Positions 1-12,074 of a DNA stretch of 64,000 bases are shown in pieces. The notes beneath the pieces were generated by a model. That model had not been told where the DNA came from. It did no database searches and saw only the letters and a program-made list of their open reading frames with translations. A program made the translations under genes and the position numbers. This stretch comes from Gammaproteobacteria bacterium (lineage in GTDB: Bacteria; Pseudomonadota; Gammaproteobacteria; UBA4575): positions 317,034-381,033 of the forward strand of contig OZ245760.1 of NCBI GenBank assembly GCA_965227695.1. The letters run 5' to 3'. The first letter of the stretch is position 1. Each line of letters starts with the position of its first letter.

Positions 1-513
1 TTTGTTATGCAGGCTTTGCGCAGTGTCATCCGGTGCAATCGGACAATCCGCCTGAAGCCAAATATCTCCGGCATCCATCGCCCGTGTCATTTGCATAATA
101 CTGATGCCACTTCTGGCGTCTCCGGCCAGGATGGCATGCTGGATCGGCGAGGCACCACGCCAACGTGGCAAGAGCGACGCATGAATATTGATACAGCCAT
201 AACGCGGTATATTCAATACCTCCGCCTTGAATAACTGGCCAAAGGCGGCGACGATCATCAAGTCAGGGGCCAGTTCATTCAGGCGCATAATGGTGTCCTC
301 ACTATTAACATTTTCTGGCTGCAGTATCTCGACGTTTCCAGATTTTACAGCCTTTTTCACCGCGCTTTCGGTGACTTTACGGCCTCTGCCAGATTGCCGG
401 TCGGGCTGCGTCAGAACCGCGACCAACTGATGCTGGCTATTAACAATGGAGAGCAGGGCGGGCACGGCGAATTCAGGCGTGCCGGCATAGATAATGCGCA
501 AAGCGGTGGTCAT
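1..513 (-). CDS. fmt: methionyl-tRNA formyltransferase, N-terminal part (3' end lies beyond the window start)
   Basis: Reverse-strand translation from 513 reads MTTALRIIYAGTPEFAVPALLSIVNSQHQLVAVLTQPDRQSGRGRKVT, a classic Fmt N-terminus. It sits immediately downstream of def, as in the usual def-fmt operon. The ORF track missed it because it runs off the window edge. Confidence 0.9.
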   Translation of the reverse strand, partial: MTTALRIIYAGTPEFAVPALLSIVNSQHQLVAVLTQPDRQSGRGRKVTESAVKKAVKSGNVEILQPENVNSEDTIMRLNELAPDLMIVAAFGQLFKAEVLNIPRYGCINIHASLLPRWRGASPIQHAILAGDARSGISIMQMTRAMDAGDIWLQADCPIAPDDTAQSLHNK

Positions 514-553
514 ATATTATCGGTTTTAGGTGAGATCAGACCGCCCGGGATAA

Positions 554-1090
554 TCAGATAATCGTGGAACTTCGGCTGTTTTTTTGATCAACGGTTGATT
601 TGGTCATTTTTTCCAGTTTTTTCCTGATTCGCTGGCGTTTAAGTGGAGATAAATAGTCAACAAACAGCTTGCCCTGCAAGTGATCCATTTCATGCTGAAT
701 ACAGACGGCCAAAAGCCCGTCAGCCTTGAGCTCAAATGACTCACCCTGCTCATTCAGCGCCTGCACGGTCACACTTTCGGCCCGTGTTACATTTTCGTAA
801 TATCCGGGAACAGACAGGCAGCCTTCCTGCATTTCCTCGGTACCTGCTGTTGCAGTAATCCTGGGATTGATGAGGCATATCGGCTGATCTTTTGTTTCGG
901 ACACATCTATCACAATCACCTCAAGTTGCTGATTCACCTGGGTGGCCGCCAAACCAATACCAGGCGCGTCATACATGGTTTCGAACATATCCGCCACCAT
1001 TTGTCGCACTTGATTGTCCACCTGAGCGACTGGCCGGGCTTTAAGCCTTAAACGGGGGTCTGGAAAGTGTAATATTTCAAGTAGTGCCAT
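554..1090 (-). CDS. def: peptide deformylase
   Basis: 178 aa with [14 protein letters not shown] and HEMDHL motifs. def-fmt arrangement. Confidence 0.95.
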   Translation of the reverse strand: MALLEILHFPDPRLRLKARPVAQVDNQVRQMVADMFETMYDAPGIGLAATQVNQQLEVIVIDVSETKDQPICLINPRITATAGTEEMQEGCLSVPGYYENVTRAESVTVQALNEQGESFELKADGLLAVCIQHEMDHLQGKLFVDYLSPLKRQRIRKKLEKMTKSTVDQKNSRSSTII

Positions 1091-1195
1091 TGAGTTACTT
1101 TAAGTTGATTGATCATGTTTCACTTTGTTAAATAATAATCTTGAGACTACAATTCAATACTCATTTCTAATTATTTTAAACCATCGTACAGTCCA

Positions 1196-2410
1196 ATGCG
1201 CAAAAATCACAATAGAACATCTCGCATAAAGCCTTTGCTTGTGGGTACCGCACTCATAATTTCAGGCTGCACTATAACCCCTGAACAGGCGACAGTTGAA
1301 GAGACTGCTTCACAGGAACCGCCAGATTCAGTACAACAAACGCAGGAATCGACGAATAATGTCTATGTGGTTGACAGTGCGGATGACGTACAAATAGATA
1401 ACCTGCCCACCACTCCCGCCAAAAATAATGTGAGCGTTAAAACTTCAGCACCTGAAGAATATATTGTTCAGCAAGGCGATACTTTGTGGGATATCTCAAG
1501 CCAGTTTCTAAACCAGCCCTGGTATTGGCCGGAAATCTGGTATTTGAATCCTCAGGTGCAAAACCCGCACCTGATCTATCCGGGCGATGTCATTAACCTT
1601 TTTTATGTGGGTGGCCGTCCATATCTGACGGTGAATGGAGAAAATCGTATCTCGGGCATTGAACGACTGTCGCCGATGATGCGCGGCGAACCAATTGATG
1701 CCACCGAGAAAATCATACCCATCCAGGTAATAGAGCAATTTCTCACCCGGCCATTGATTGTAGATACCAAGACACTGGAAGAATCACCTCATATTGTTGC
1801 ATCACGGGATAATCGAATCGTCTATGGCTCTAATGACAGCGTCTACCTGAGAGATGCGTCAGCTTTATCACAGGACAGTCTTTACAATATCTACCGGCCA
1901 GGGGCCACCTTTGAAGATCCTGACACGGGTGAAGTGTTGGGCTATGAAGCCATACATGTGGGAGATGGTAAAGTAACCAGACATGGTGAGCCGGCCACCC
2001 TGTATATCACTGAAGCTATCAGGGAAATCCTGCGTGGTGACCGGATATTGAAAGTTGAGCAACTCGAGGTGGATAGCGACTTTCGACCGCGTGCTCCTGA
2101 AGCTGACATCCACGGGAAAATAATTCATTTGCATAATGCCATCACACAATCCGGCACATACCAGATTGTTGTGACTAATGTGGGCAAAAATCAGGGCCTT
2201 GAAAAAGGACATGTTCTCGCCATTAACAAAGACGGTCGATCGGTGACTGATGCCCATGCGGACAAGGGTCAATCTGATATCGTCACTCTGCCTAGCGAGC
2301 ATTCCGCAGATGCGATCGTCTATCGTGTTTTCGATAAAGTCAGCTATATGTTTATTCTTGATGCAAACCGTCCGGTCAGAATTGGAGACATGGTGGCCAC
2401 GCCTGAATAG
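1196..2410 (+). CDS. LysM-domain lipoprotein (TsaP-like, peptidoglycan binding)
   Basis: Lipobox LIISGC after a basic N-terminus. LysM motif YIVQQGDTLWDIS. Occupies the same position next to def and dprA as Pseudomonas tsaP. Confidence 0.8.
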   Translation: MRKNHNRTSRIKPLLVGTALIISGCTITPEQATVEETASQEPPDSVQQTQESTNNVYVVDSADDVQIDNLPTTPAKNNVSVKTSAPEEYIVQQGDTLWDISSQFLNQPWYWPEIWYLNPQVQNPHLIYPGDVINLFYVGGRPYLTVNGENRISGIERLSPMMRGEPIDATEKIIPIQVIEQFLTRPLIVDTKTLEESPHIVASRDNRIVYGSNDSVYLRDASALSQDSLYNIYRPGATFEDPDTGEVLGYEAIHVGDGKVTRHGEPATLYITEAIREILRGDRILKVEQLEVDSDFRPRAPEADIHGKIIHLHNAITQSGTYQIVVTNVGKNQGLEKGHVLAINKDGRSVTDAHADKGQSDIVTLPSEHSADAIVYRVFDKVSYMFILDANRPVRIGDMVATPE

Positions 2411-2461
2411 AAGATCCATGCTGACTTGTGCGCTAACCTCTTTCAAGTAACTGCCGGACTC

Positions 2462-2495
2462 AGTACATTTCTCTGATACTACAGAGAAATGTACT
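2462..2495 (+). promoter_or_regulatory. perfect 14-bp stem, 6-nt loop hairpin ending 1 nt before the dprA ATG
   Basis: agtacatttctctg / atacta / cagagaaatgtact. The arms are exact reverse complements. No T-tract follows, and the stem covers the expected ribosome-binding region. Confidence 0.6.
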
Positions 2496-3596
2496 ATGGA
2501 TGAATTAGAGGCCTGGCTGAGACTTTGGCATACTCCGAAGGTAGGCCCGAAAACTTTTCACTTCATACTGAAACGATTTCCGGATCTTCGCGAAATATTC
2601 GATACGACCCTAGATGCACTGATTGATCGGGGCATCCCGTCCCATATTGGCAAATCGATTATTGATGGTCACACGACTGATTATGGTATTGACCTGGAAT
2701 GGGCGCAATCGAGCGATGCTCATCATATCCTCCGCTGTACAGATCATGATTACCCGGATATCTTGCAACAGATCAGCCAACCGCCTCCTCTGCTGTATAT
2801 CTGTGGTGACGTCCGCCCGTGGCAATATCAAGTGTCAGTGGCCATGGTAGGCAGTCGCAAGGCAAGTAGTTATGCCTTCAAAGTCGCTTTCGAGATTGCT
2901 GAACAGCTGGCCAATTGCGGATTTACGATTGTCAGTGGACTGGCCCGGGGCATAGACCGGCAGGCACATGCAGGTGCGCTGGCAGCAAAATATCCGTCCA
3001 CCATTGCGGTCCTGGGCAATGGTCTTGATCGGATTTACCCGGCAGAACATGGCTCCCTGGCCAGACAAATTGCCTCAAACGGCCTGCTTATCTCGGAATT
3101 CCCCCCTAAAGTGGCGCCCTTACCCCAACATTTCCCCAGGCGTAACCGCATCATCAGCGGGCTGAGCCTCGGCACACTGGTCATTGAGGCAGCACAGAGC
3201 AGTGGGTCGCTGATCACCGCCAGATATGCCGTGGAGCAAAACAGGGAAGTGTTTGCCATCCCTGGCCCCATTAATAATCCCCAAAATCAGGGCTGTCATT
3301 CACTTATTCAACAAGGCGCAAAACTTGTCACCAAGGTCGAAGATATCATTGCGGAGCTGGCTCCGATGATTGAGTTGAAACCATGTGATCCGTTTTCTGC
3401 CAGCTCAAAAAAACCACAATCAAACAACCCACAACAACAGACACTGCTCGATTTCATTGATTATACCCCTACACCTGTTGACGTGATAATTGAAAAAAGT
3501 GGATTGACCCCGGAACGAGTTTCCTCCATGCTGATGGAGCTTGAGATCAGCGGTGAGGTGGCTGCTGATGCATTTGGACAATACTGCCGCGTATAG
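2496..3596 (+). CDS. dprA: DNA processing protein A (DprA/Smf)
   Basis: 366 aa with a Rossmann-like DprA core (GSRKAS, ALGNGLDRIYP, IISGLS). Syntenic with def and smg. Confidence 0.9.
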   Translation: MDELEAWLRLWHTPKVGPKTFHFILKRFPDLREIFDTTLDALIDRGIPSHIGKSIIDGHTTDYGIDLEWAQSSDAHHILRCTDHDYPDILQQISQPPPLLYICGDVRPWQYQVSVAMVGSRKASSYAFKVAFEIAEQLANCGFTIVSGLARGIDRQAHAGALAAKYPSTIAVLGNGLDRIYPAEHGSLARQIASNGLLISEFPPKVAPLPQHFPRRNRIISGLSLGTLVIEAAQSSGSLITARYAVEQNREVFAIPGPINNPQNQGCHSLIQQGAKLVTKVEDIIAELAPMIELKPCDPFSASSKKPQSNNPQQQTLLDFIDYTPTPVDVIIEKSGLTPERVSSMLMELEISGEVAADAFGQYCRV

Positions 3597-3612
3597 CTAC
3601 GGAATCAACCTA

Positions 3613-4086
3613 ATGAAAGAAAACGTTCTTGATGTCTTAACCTACATGTTTGAAAGCTACTTCGAAGAAGCCGATGCCATGTTTAATCGTGAGGCGTTAC
3701 TGGAAGAGTTAGTCGAGGTCGGCTTCGACCATGGCGATGTTGAAAAAGCGTTTAACTGGTTGGCAGACCTGCCAACCTCCAGCGAGGATATACAGCTTAA
3801 AACGCCTACCCAGCGATCCGTGCGACAGTACAATGCCCTTGAAATTAAAAAACTTGACCCGGAATGTCAGGGATATCTGCTGAGCCTTGAGCAAATGGGC
3901 GTTCTTTCCGCCGCCAGTCGGGAATTGGTGATTGACCGGGTCATGGCTCTGGACACCGATGAGATTAATATCGACCAGTTACGCTGGGTCTGTTTAATTG
4001 TTTTATACAACCTGTCAGGAACCGATGTGCCCTATCACTGGCTGGAAGACATCATTATGGATCTGTCTTCATCGCATATACACTGA
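3613..4086 (+). CDS. smg: Smg (DUF494) protein
   Basis: N-terminus MKENVLDVLTYMFESYF resembles E. coli Smg MFDVLMYLFETYI. Start placed at the internal ATG (3613) rather than the ORF-track start that overlaps dprA. Confidence 0.8.
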   Translation: MKENVLDVLTYMFESYFEEADAMFNREALLEELVEVGFDHGDVEKAFNWLADLPTSSEDIQLKTPTQRSVRQYNALEIKKLDPECQGYLLSLEQMGVLSAASRELVIDRVMALDTDEINIDQLRWVCLIVLYNLSGTDVPYHWLEDIIMDLSSSHIH

Positions 4087-4117
4087 CCGTTAAAGCTCGT
4101 AGTTAATCTGTCGATCC

Positions 4118-6445
4118 ATGGGTAAAAACCTCGTCATCGTTGAATCTCCAGCGAAAGCAAAAACTATTGAAAAATACCTGGGCAAAGATTTCCAGGTACT
4201 TGCGTCTTATGGTCATGTTCGTGACCTCGTTCCAAAAGAAGGCGCTGTTGACCCTGAAAATCATTTTGCAATGAAGTATCAGCTCATTGAGCGCAACGAA
4301 AAACATGTCTCAGCCATCAGCAAGGCACTCAAAAAAGCCGACGCGCTGTACCTGGCCACTGACCCCGACCGTGAAGGAGAAGCGATCTCATGGCATCTGT
4401 ATGAGCTGCTTAAGGAACGCGGGCTGCTTGAAGATAAAGATGTTCATCGTGTTGTTTTTTATGAAATTACCAAAACTGCGGTCCAGGATGCAATTGATCA
4501 TCCCAGATCACTGGCAAGTGAACTCATTAACGCACAACAGGCCCGCAGAGCCCTGGATTACCTGGTTGGATTTAATCTTTCACCCTTACTGTGGAAGAAG
4601 ATTAAGCGTGGCTTATCCGCAGGCCGTGTTCAGAGTCCTGCGCTGAGACTAATCTGTGAACGCGAAGATGAAATAGAAAAATTTGTTGCCCAGGAATACT
4701 GGACAATAGAAGCTGACTGCAAGCAACAAGAACAGCCATTTCAGGCTAAGCTGACGCATTATCAATCCAATAAACTGGATCAGTTTGATATTAATAGTGA
4801 AAAACTTGCTGAAGATGCTCATAAAGTCTTAACAGACGCATCCCACAGTAAACTGCGCGTTGGCAAGGTCGATAAAAAAGAACGCCGTCGAAATCCAACC
4901 GCGCCTTTCATTACCTCGACGATGCAACAGGAAGCCATCCGCAAGTTGCGATTTTCAGCACAACGTGCCATGCGGATTGCACAGCAGTTATATGAAGGCA
5001 TCGATTTAGGGTCGGGACCTATTGGCCTGATCACTTACATGAGAACGGATTCTGTGATCCTTGCCAATGAGGCGATAGAAGAAATTAGAGGCCTGATCAG
5101 CGAGCGCTATGGAAAAAAGTGCTTGCCCGGCACCCCACCGACATATAAAACCAAGTCCAAAAATGCACAGGAAGCGCACGAAGCAATCCGACCAACTTCA
5201 GCATTACGTATACCAGAAGAGATCAAGTCTTTTTTAACTGAAGAACAGTACAAGCTTTACGATCTGATCTGGAAAAGAACGGTCGCCAGCCAGATGACCC
5301 ATGCAACCCTGAATACCGTCGCCGTGGAATTACATTGTGGCAGCAGGGAAAATATCTTTCGTGCACTTGGTTCATCCATTAAAGATCCGGGTTTCATGGC
5401 CGTCTACCAGGAAGGAGCGGATGACAAGGTCGCCGAGGCCACGGATGAAAAGCTGTTGCCTGCCATGGAAGTCGGGGACGAGATCGATCTGGAAAAAATC
5501 AGGTGTGAACAACATTTTACTGAACCCCCCCCACGATTCACAGAAGCCAGTCTGGTAAAGGCTCTTGAGGAGTTTGGTATAGGCCGTCCTTCTACCTATG
5601 CATCGATCATTTCAACAATACAAAACCGTGAGTATGCAGAAATCGAAAACCGGCGATTTTTTCCAACAGATATTGGCCGGTTAGTCACGCGCTTTCTGAC
5701 CAAGCATTTTACGCAATATGTTGATTATGACTTTACCGCGAAACTTGAAGATGAGCTTGATGAAATCTCCCGTGGAGAAAAGGACTGGGTCCCGGTCATG
5801 GAGTCTTTTTGGCAGCCGCTCGATGAGCTGGTAAAAGACAAAGAAGTATCGGTTAGCCGTGAAGAAGCTGTGGAGGCACGCGAATTGGGAACACACCCCA
5901 AAACAGGCAAGCCGGTCAGCGTGCGCATGGGTCGATACGGACCTTTTGTACAGGTCGGAACCAAGGATGACGAGGAAAAACCCAAATTTGCCGGCCTGCG
6001 TCCCGGACAAAAAATGGATTCAGTCACCCTTGAGGATGCCCTGGAATTGTTCAAGCTACCTCGTGAATTAGGTGAAACCGCTGATGGCGAAAAAATTTCC
6101 GCAAACTTCGGGCGCTTTGGCCCTTATGTAAAATATGGAAATAAGTATGCCTCTATTAAGGGAGAAGACCCGCATTCAATCACGCTTGAAGAGGCACTGA
6201 AATTTATTGAAATCAAGAAACAGGAAGATGCCAATAAATTCATTAAAGAATTTACTGATGAGGGGATACAGGTATTAAACGGGCGCTATGGTCCTTACGT
6301 CACAGACGGTAAAAAAAATGCCAAGATACCAAAAGATGTGGAACCAGCGTCACTCACTCTGGCTCAGTGTCAGGAGATGATTGCCAAGGCTCCGGCAAGA
6401 AAAGCCCGTCGCAAAACCACCGCCAAAAAGAAAAAATCATCTTAG
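4118..6445 (+). CDS. topA: DNA topoisomerase I (type IA) with Topo_C_Rpt-type C-terminus, no Zn ribbons, Lys-rich tail
   Basis: 775 aa. N-terminus MGKNLVIVESPAKAKTIEKYLG, TOPRIM, active-site region. C-terminal repeats GRYGPFV, GRFGPYV, GRYGPYV. No CxxC pairs. Ends KARRKTTAKKKKSS. Confidence 0.95.
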   Translation: MGKNLVIVESPAKAKTIEKYLGKDFQVLASYGHVRDLVPKEGAVDPENHFAMKYQLIERNEKHVSAISKALKKADALYLATDPDREGEAISWHLYELLKERGLLEDKDVHRVVFYEITKTAVQDAIDHPRSLASELINAQQARRALDYLVGFNLSPLLWKKIKRGLSAGRVQSPALRLICEREDEIEKFVAQEYWTIEADCKQQEQPFQAKLTHYQSNKLDQFDINSEKLAEDAHKVLTDASHSKLRVGKVDKKERRRNPTAPFITSTMQQEAIRKLRFSAQRAMRIAQQLYEGIDLGSGPIGLITYMRTDSVILANEAIEEIRGLISERYGKKCLPGTPPTYKTKSKNAQEAHEAIRPTSALRIPEEIKSFLTEEQYKLYDLIWKRTVASQMTHATLNTVAVELHCGSRENIFRALGSSIKDPGFMAVYQEGADDKVAEATDEKLLPAMEVGDEIDLEKIRCEQHFTEPPPRFTEASLVKALEEFGIGRPSTYASIISTIQNREYAEIENRRFFPTDIGRLVTRFLTKHFTQYVDYDFTAKLEDELDEISRGEKDWVPVMESFWQPLDELVKDKEVSVSREEAVEARELGTHPKTGKPVSVRMGRYGPFVQVGTKDDEEKPKFAGLRPGQKMDSVTLEDALELFKLPRELGETADGEKISANFGRFGPYVKYGNKYASIKGEDPHSITLEEALKFIEIKKQEDANKFIKEFTDEGIQVLNGRYGPYVTDGKKNAKIPKDVEPASLTLAQCQEMIAKAPARKARRKTTAKKKKSS

Positions 6446-6462
6446 CAGTACAGACCCGTTCA

Positions 6463-7008
6463 ATGGCCGTATCCTTCCAGTCCAGAGCAGCATTTGTATT
6501 AAAACAGGGCGGCATAATCGCGCATCAAACCGATACTATTTTTGGGCTGGCCTGTTTGCCATATGAAAAAGTACTGACCCGCTTAAGTCATATTAAAAAA
6601 CGACCTGCGGATAAAGCATTTATATTGCTGGCATCCAGTCTCCAGCAAATCAGCAGCTATATTGCCGATGATCATTCAGCGATCGAAACCATCGCGCGTA
6701 ATACGGCTAAACCCACTACCTGGCTTGTAAAGCCGGCGAAAAACATCAGCAGTCAGCTGATCGGGCCAACCCATAAAGTTGCCGTGCGATTGACAGAGTA
6801 TCCCCCGGTTGTAGAGTTATGCCAGCAGGTAGGCGCCATTGCATCCACCAGTGCAAATATTTCCAGTTATAGCGCCTGTACTCATGCTTACCAGGCAAGA
6901 CAGATGTTTGGACCTAATCTTGATTACGTTGATCCGAATCAAACACCTGGCACTGGGCAATCAAGTACTATAATCGATCTGTCCACTGGCAATATTATTC
7001 GCAGGTAA
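6463..7008 (+). CDS. tsaC: L-threonylcarbamoyladenylate synthase (Sua5/YciO/YrdC family)
   Basis: YrdC-fold motifs ([19 protein letters not shown]). Start taken at the internal Met after the topA stop. The ORF-track start 6367 overlaps topA. Confidence 0.8.
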   Translation: MAVSFQSRAAFVLKQGGIIAHQTDTIFGLACLPYEKVLTRLSHIKKRPADKAFILLASSLQQISSYIADDHSAIETIARNTAKPTTWLVKPAKNISSQLIGPTHKVAVRLTEYPPVVELCQQVGAIASTSANISSYSACTHAYQARQMFGPNLDYVDPNQTPGTGQSSTIIDLSTGNIIRR

Positions 7009-7018
7009 CTGGCAAAAC

Positions 7019-8939
<1,921 letters not shown>

Positions 8940-8969
8940 TTATTTTCGCAAGATATTTAATAATAGACA

Positions 8970-9788
8970 GTGGATAAGTATGCGGTCATCGGCAACCCTA
9001 TAAAACATAGTCAGTCGCCTCAGATTCATTCGGCTTTTGCTGCGCAGGAAGGCATTCAAATCGAATATCGGCGCATCCTGGCAGATCAACACAATTTTGT
9101 TCAAACCGTTAATCATTTTTTTGCCGAGGGTGGAAAAGGAATTAACGTCACGGTTCCTTTCAAGCTACTTGCGTATCAACACTGTATTGAGCTGGATGAA
9201 TTCGCCCGGGCCGCTCAAGCAGTAAACACGCTCTGTCCCCGCAGTGAAATGCAGTGGGCAGGATCCAATACGGATGGCATCGGTTTAATCACGGATTTAA
9301 CAAAAAATCTGAAGATAGAACTTGCCAACAAAAACATTTTAATACTTGGTGCTGGCGGCGCGACACGTGGAATTTTACTTCCTTTGTTACAACAACATCC
9401 TGCCTTTCTTACTATCGCAAATCGCAACGTTGATAAGGCACATCAATTAGAAAATGCTTTCCAGCATGCTGGAAACATACGCGCCAGCAGTTATAGTGAA
9501 ATTGGATGCCTGGTCTACGATATCGTGATTAATGCCACTTCTGCCAGTTTGACCAACACGGTGCCACCAATTCCACCAAATTGCGTCAGCGCACAAAGTA
9601 TTTGTTATGACCTCGCTTATGGTAACGAACCCACAGTATTTATGAACTGGGCAAAAACACAGGGTATAAAGCAGATATATGACGGTTACGGGATGCTAGT
9701 TGAACAGGCTGCAGAATCCTATTACCAGTGGCGTGATTACAGACCTGATACAGGGAAAGTGTTCCAGCGATTGAGAGCTAACGGCTAG
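8970..9788 (+). CDS. aroE: shikimate dehydrogenase
   Basis: N-terminus MDKYAVIGNPIKHSQSPQIHSAF and the NADP-binding GAGGATRG motif. Confidence 0.9.
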   Translation: MDKYAVIGNPIKHSQSPQIHSAFAAQEGIQIEYRRILADQHNFVQTVNHFFAEGGKGINVTVPFKLLAYQHCIELDEFARAAQAVNTLCPRSEMQWAGSNTDGIGLITDLTKNLKIELANKNILILGAGGATRGILLPLLQQHPAFLTIANRNVDKAHQLENAFQHAGNIRASSYSEIGCLVYDIVINATSASLTNTVPPIPPNCVSAQSICYDLAYGNEPTVFMNWAKTQGIKQIYDGYGMLVEQAAESYYQWRDYRPDTGKVFQRLRANG

Positions 9789-10321
9789 TCTTCTTTGTGT
9801 TCATGCATATTTTTCACTTTTACATAATGTTTTGCTGAATAAGACAGGTACTCTATTTCTCTATCAGTCAGCTCACGCACTTTTTTCGCGGGTCGTCCCA
9901 TCCATAAGAATCCTCCTTCCAGTTCTTTACCACTGGTAACCAGAGAGCCTGCACCTACCATTGCATGGCGATGCACTACCGCATTATCCAGAATCACTGA
10001 GCCAATCCCGATCAGGCAGGAATCCTCGAGTGTACAGGCATGTAATACCACCGAATGTCCTACTGTGACATCATTACCAATCACCATACTGGCGCCCCCT
10101 GGACTGAATTCCCCATCATGACTCACATGCAGAATTGAACCATCCTGTATATTGGTTCGCTCTCCAATACTGATAGTGTTGATATCTCCTCTTACAACGG
10201 TCATGGGCCATATCGAACTATCCGCACCAATCGTGACCTGTCCGATTACCAATGATGTTGTATCTACATAAGCGGTATGATGAATGTCAGGCTCATGGCC
10301 CTGAAACGCCCTAATTGTCAT
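9785..10321 (-). CDS. gamma-class carbonic anhydrase-like / hexapeptide-repeat protein (YrdA/PaaY-like)
   Basis: 178 aa left-handed beta-helix hexapeptide repeats with the conserved His triad region. Confidence 0.8.
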   Translation of the reverse strand: MTIRAFQGHEPDIHHTAYVDTTSLVIGQVTIGADSSIWPMTVVRGDINTISIGERTNIQDGSILHVSHDGEFSPGGASMVIGNDVTVGHSVVLHACTLEDSCLIGIGSVILDNAVVHRHAMVGAGSLVTSGKELEGGFLWMGRPAKKVRELTDREIEYLSYSAKHYVKVKNMHEHKED

Positions 10322-10403
10322 AGTGAAGTAAATTCTATTTAATGATAGTTACAGGGCAATGCTATCATGACCCAATGTGAATCGTTAAATTGCATATATA
10401 TAG

Positions 10404-11276
10404 ATGTCGACCATTACACGGCTAAAGGCCTACGCCAGACTGATTCGTCTGGATAAGCCCATCGGATATTTTTTATTGCTGTGGCCTACCTTGTGGGCTT
10501 TGCTCATGGCAGGAAAGGGGCAACCTGATCCAGTGGTGATAATCGTTTTCATATTGGGCGTATTTTTAATGCGTTCCGCGGGATGTGCGATTAATGACTT
10601 TGCTGATCGACACTACGATGGCGAGGTTTTACGCACACAACATCGACCGATCGTGACCGGCGCAGTCACGGCCAAAGAAGCAGTGATAATATTCGTTATA
10701 TTAAGCGTGATTGCTTTTTTTTTGGTCTTCTTTTTGCTTAACCTTTTTACACTTTATTTTTCCCTGGTTGCGATAGCACTTGCGGCTTCCTACCCATTCA
10801 CCAAGCGCTTCCATTACTTACCCCAGGTTCACCTTGGTCTCGCTTTTGCCTGGGCTGTTCCAATGGCTTTTGTTGCACTCACAAATCAGTATCCACCGAC
10901 CTGGGGCTGGCTGTTATTTACCGCGACGGTGGTGTGGACGACAGCCTATGACACAATGTACGGAATGGTTGACCGACAATACGACATCAGAATTGGAGTC
11001 AAGTCCACAGCCATTTTATTTGGTTCAGCAGATCGGCTGATTATTGCTTTCATGCAGCTATTTGTCGTGTTAGCCCTTGTCGCCGTTGGTGTACAAGCTG
11101 GATTGCGCTATTGGTTTTTCATCGCGACTGGCGCTGCCAGTTTGTTTTTTATTTATCAGCAACGTCTGATTTACTCACGCACCCCGCAGAGGTGCTTTAA
11201 TGCTTTTTTGAATAATAATTACTTTGGCATGACAGTCTTTGCTGGAATCGCGGCAAGCTACTGGGTTCCTTTTTAA
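10404..11276 (+). CDS. ubiA: 4-hydroxybenzoate octaprenyltransferase
   Basis: 290 aa polytopic membrane protein. NDFADRHYD prenyltransferase motif. N-terminus LIRLDKPIGYFLLLWPTLWAL. Confidence 0.9.
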   Translation: MSTITRLKAYARLIRLDKPIGYFLLLWPTLWALLMAGKGQPDPVVIIVFILGVFLMRSAGCAINDFADRHYDGEVLRTQHRPIVTGAVTAKEAVIIFVILSVIAFFLVFFLLNLFTLYFSLVAIALAASYPFTKRFHYLPQVHLGLAFAWAVPMAFVALTNQYPPTWGWLLFTATVVWTTAYDTMYGMVDRQYDIRIGVKSTAILFGSADRLIIAFMQLFVVLALVAVGVQAGLRYWFFIATGAASLFFIYQQRLIYSRTPQRCFNAFLNNNYFGMTVFAGIAASYWVPF

Positions 11277-11279
11277 AGA

Positions 11280-12014
11280 TTATTTCATTCGGATATCCCT
11301 GGTTCTTGCGAGTGTCCATACAGAAACTTTTTCTACTCCGGCACGCTTTAGACACCTGCTAATTTCGTTGACGGTCGCGCCAGTGGTAACCACTTCATCA
11401 AAGATCCACACATGATCAAGCTTAATTGGCCGAATGACTTCAAAGGCGTTGCGCAGATTATGGCGACGTTGACTTTTGGACTTACCTGTCTGTGGCTGGG
11501 TATTTTTAACACGACGAACAAGTTTAGTATCAAAATCAATATTGTATTGGCGTTTAAACAGTCTTGCCAGCTCATACACGGCATTAAAACCACGTTGTCT
11601 GACTCTTGAGGGATGGCTTGGAACAGGGACAACGGCAGAATAGTTGTCGCTGTTGGCGACGGGTCCCTGCGTTAAGGCAACTAGCGTTTGTGCATATTCC
11701 CAGCGTTTAAAATACTTGTACTGGGTAACAAAGTGATTAATGGGTGGCTCATACCAAAATGCAGCACTTAACTTGTCATAGTACGGAATCCTGATCTGGC
11801 ATTGTCCACATACTCTCTGATGGCGCGGATTCGATGTCACCGGGACACCACAGACACGACAACAGTCATCGTTCTTACACCAGGGCAGACAAGGGGTGCA
11901 TTGCGCACATACTCCATCTGTGCCAGCCGAAGACCCGCAAAGCAGACAGTGTCTTGGGAAAACCAACTGAAGTGATTTTTTTATACATTTGTCAAATTTT
12001 ATTGTCGGCTTCAT
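11280..12014 (-). CDS. ComF/GntX family phosphoribosyltransferase-domain protein
   Basis: N-terminal Cys-rich zinc-finger-like region. C-terminal PRTase motif [12 protein letters not shown]. Confidence 0.75.
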   Translation of the reverse strand: MKPTIKFDKCIKKSLQLVFPRHCLLCGSSAGTDGVCAQCTPCLPWCKNDDCCRVCGVPVTSNPRHQRVCGQCQIRIPYYDKLSAAFWYEPPINHFVTQYKYFKRWEYAQTLVALTQGPVANSDNYSAVVPVPSHPSRVRQRGFNAVYELARLFKRQYNIDFDTKLVRRVKNTQPQTGKSKSQRRHNLRNAFEVIRPIKLDHVWIFDEVVTTGATVNEISRCLKRAGVEKVSVWTLARTRDIRMK

Positions 12015-12074
12015 TTGACATGTCGAATTAGCTGTTTAGACTTCACGGTCATTATTCCATTGTTGAGAACATAC

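Noticed and set aside
7-430. Plus-strand ORFs of 75 and 67 aa at the window start
   Set aside because: The minus strand here clearly encodes the Fmt N-terminus. The plus-strand frames are shadows.
1508-2450. 76-192 aa ORFs antisense to the LysM lipoprotein gene
   Set aside because: Antisense shadow frames of a confidently called gene. No motifs.
5525-5532. C8 homopolymer inside topA (and a T9 run at 10725-10733 inside ubiA)
   Set aside because: Both are in-frame codon runs (Pro-Pro-Pro and Phe-Phe-Leu) in essential genes. Phase variation there is implausible, and the runs are short.
5681-6071. ORFs of 70-109 aa antisense or out of frame inside topA
   Set aside because: They lie wholly inside a well-supported long CDS, are low-complexity (Ser/Arg-rich) and have no RBS. 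Typical shadow ORFs.
12015-12074. Possible BirA operator in the comF/bioB divergent spacer
   Set aside because: I could not find a convincing TTGTAAACC-type inverted repeat. Left uncalled.
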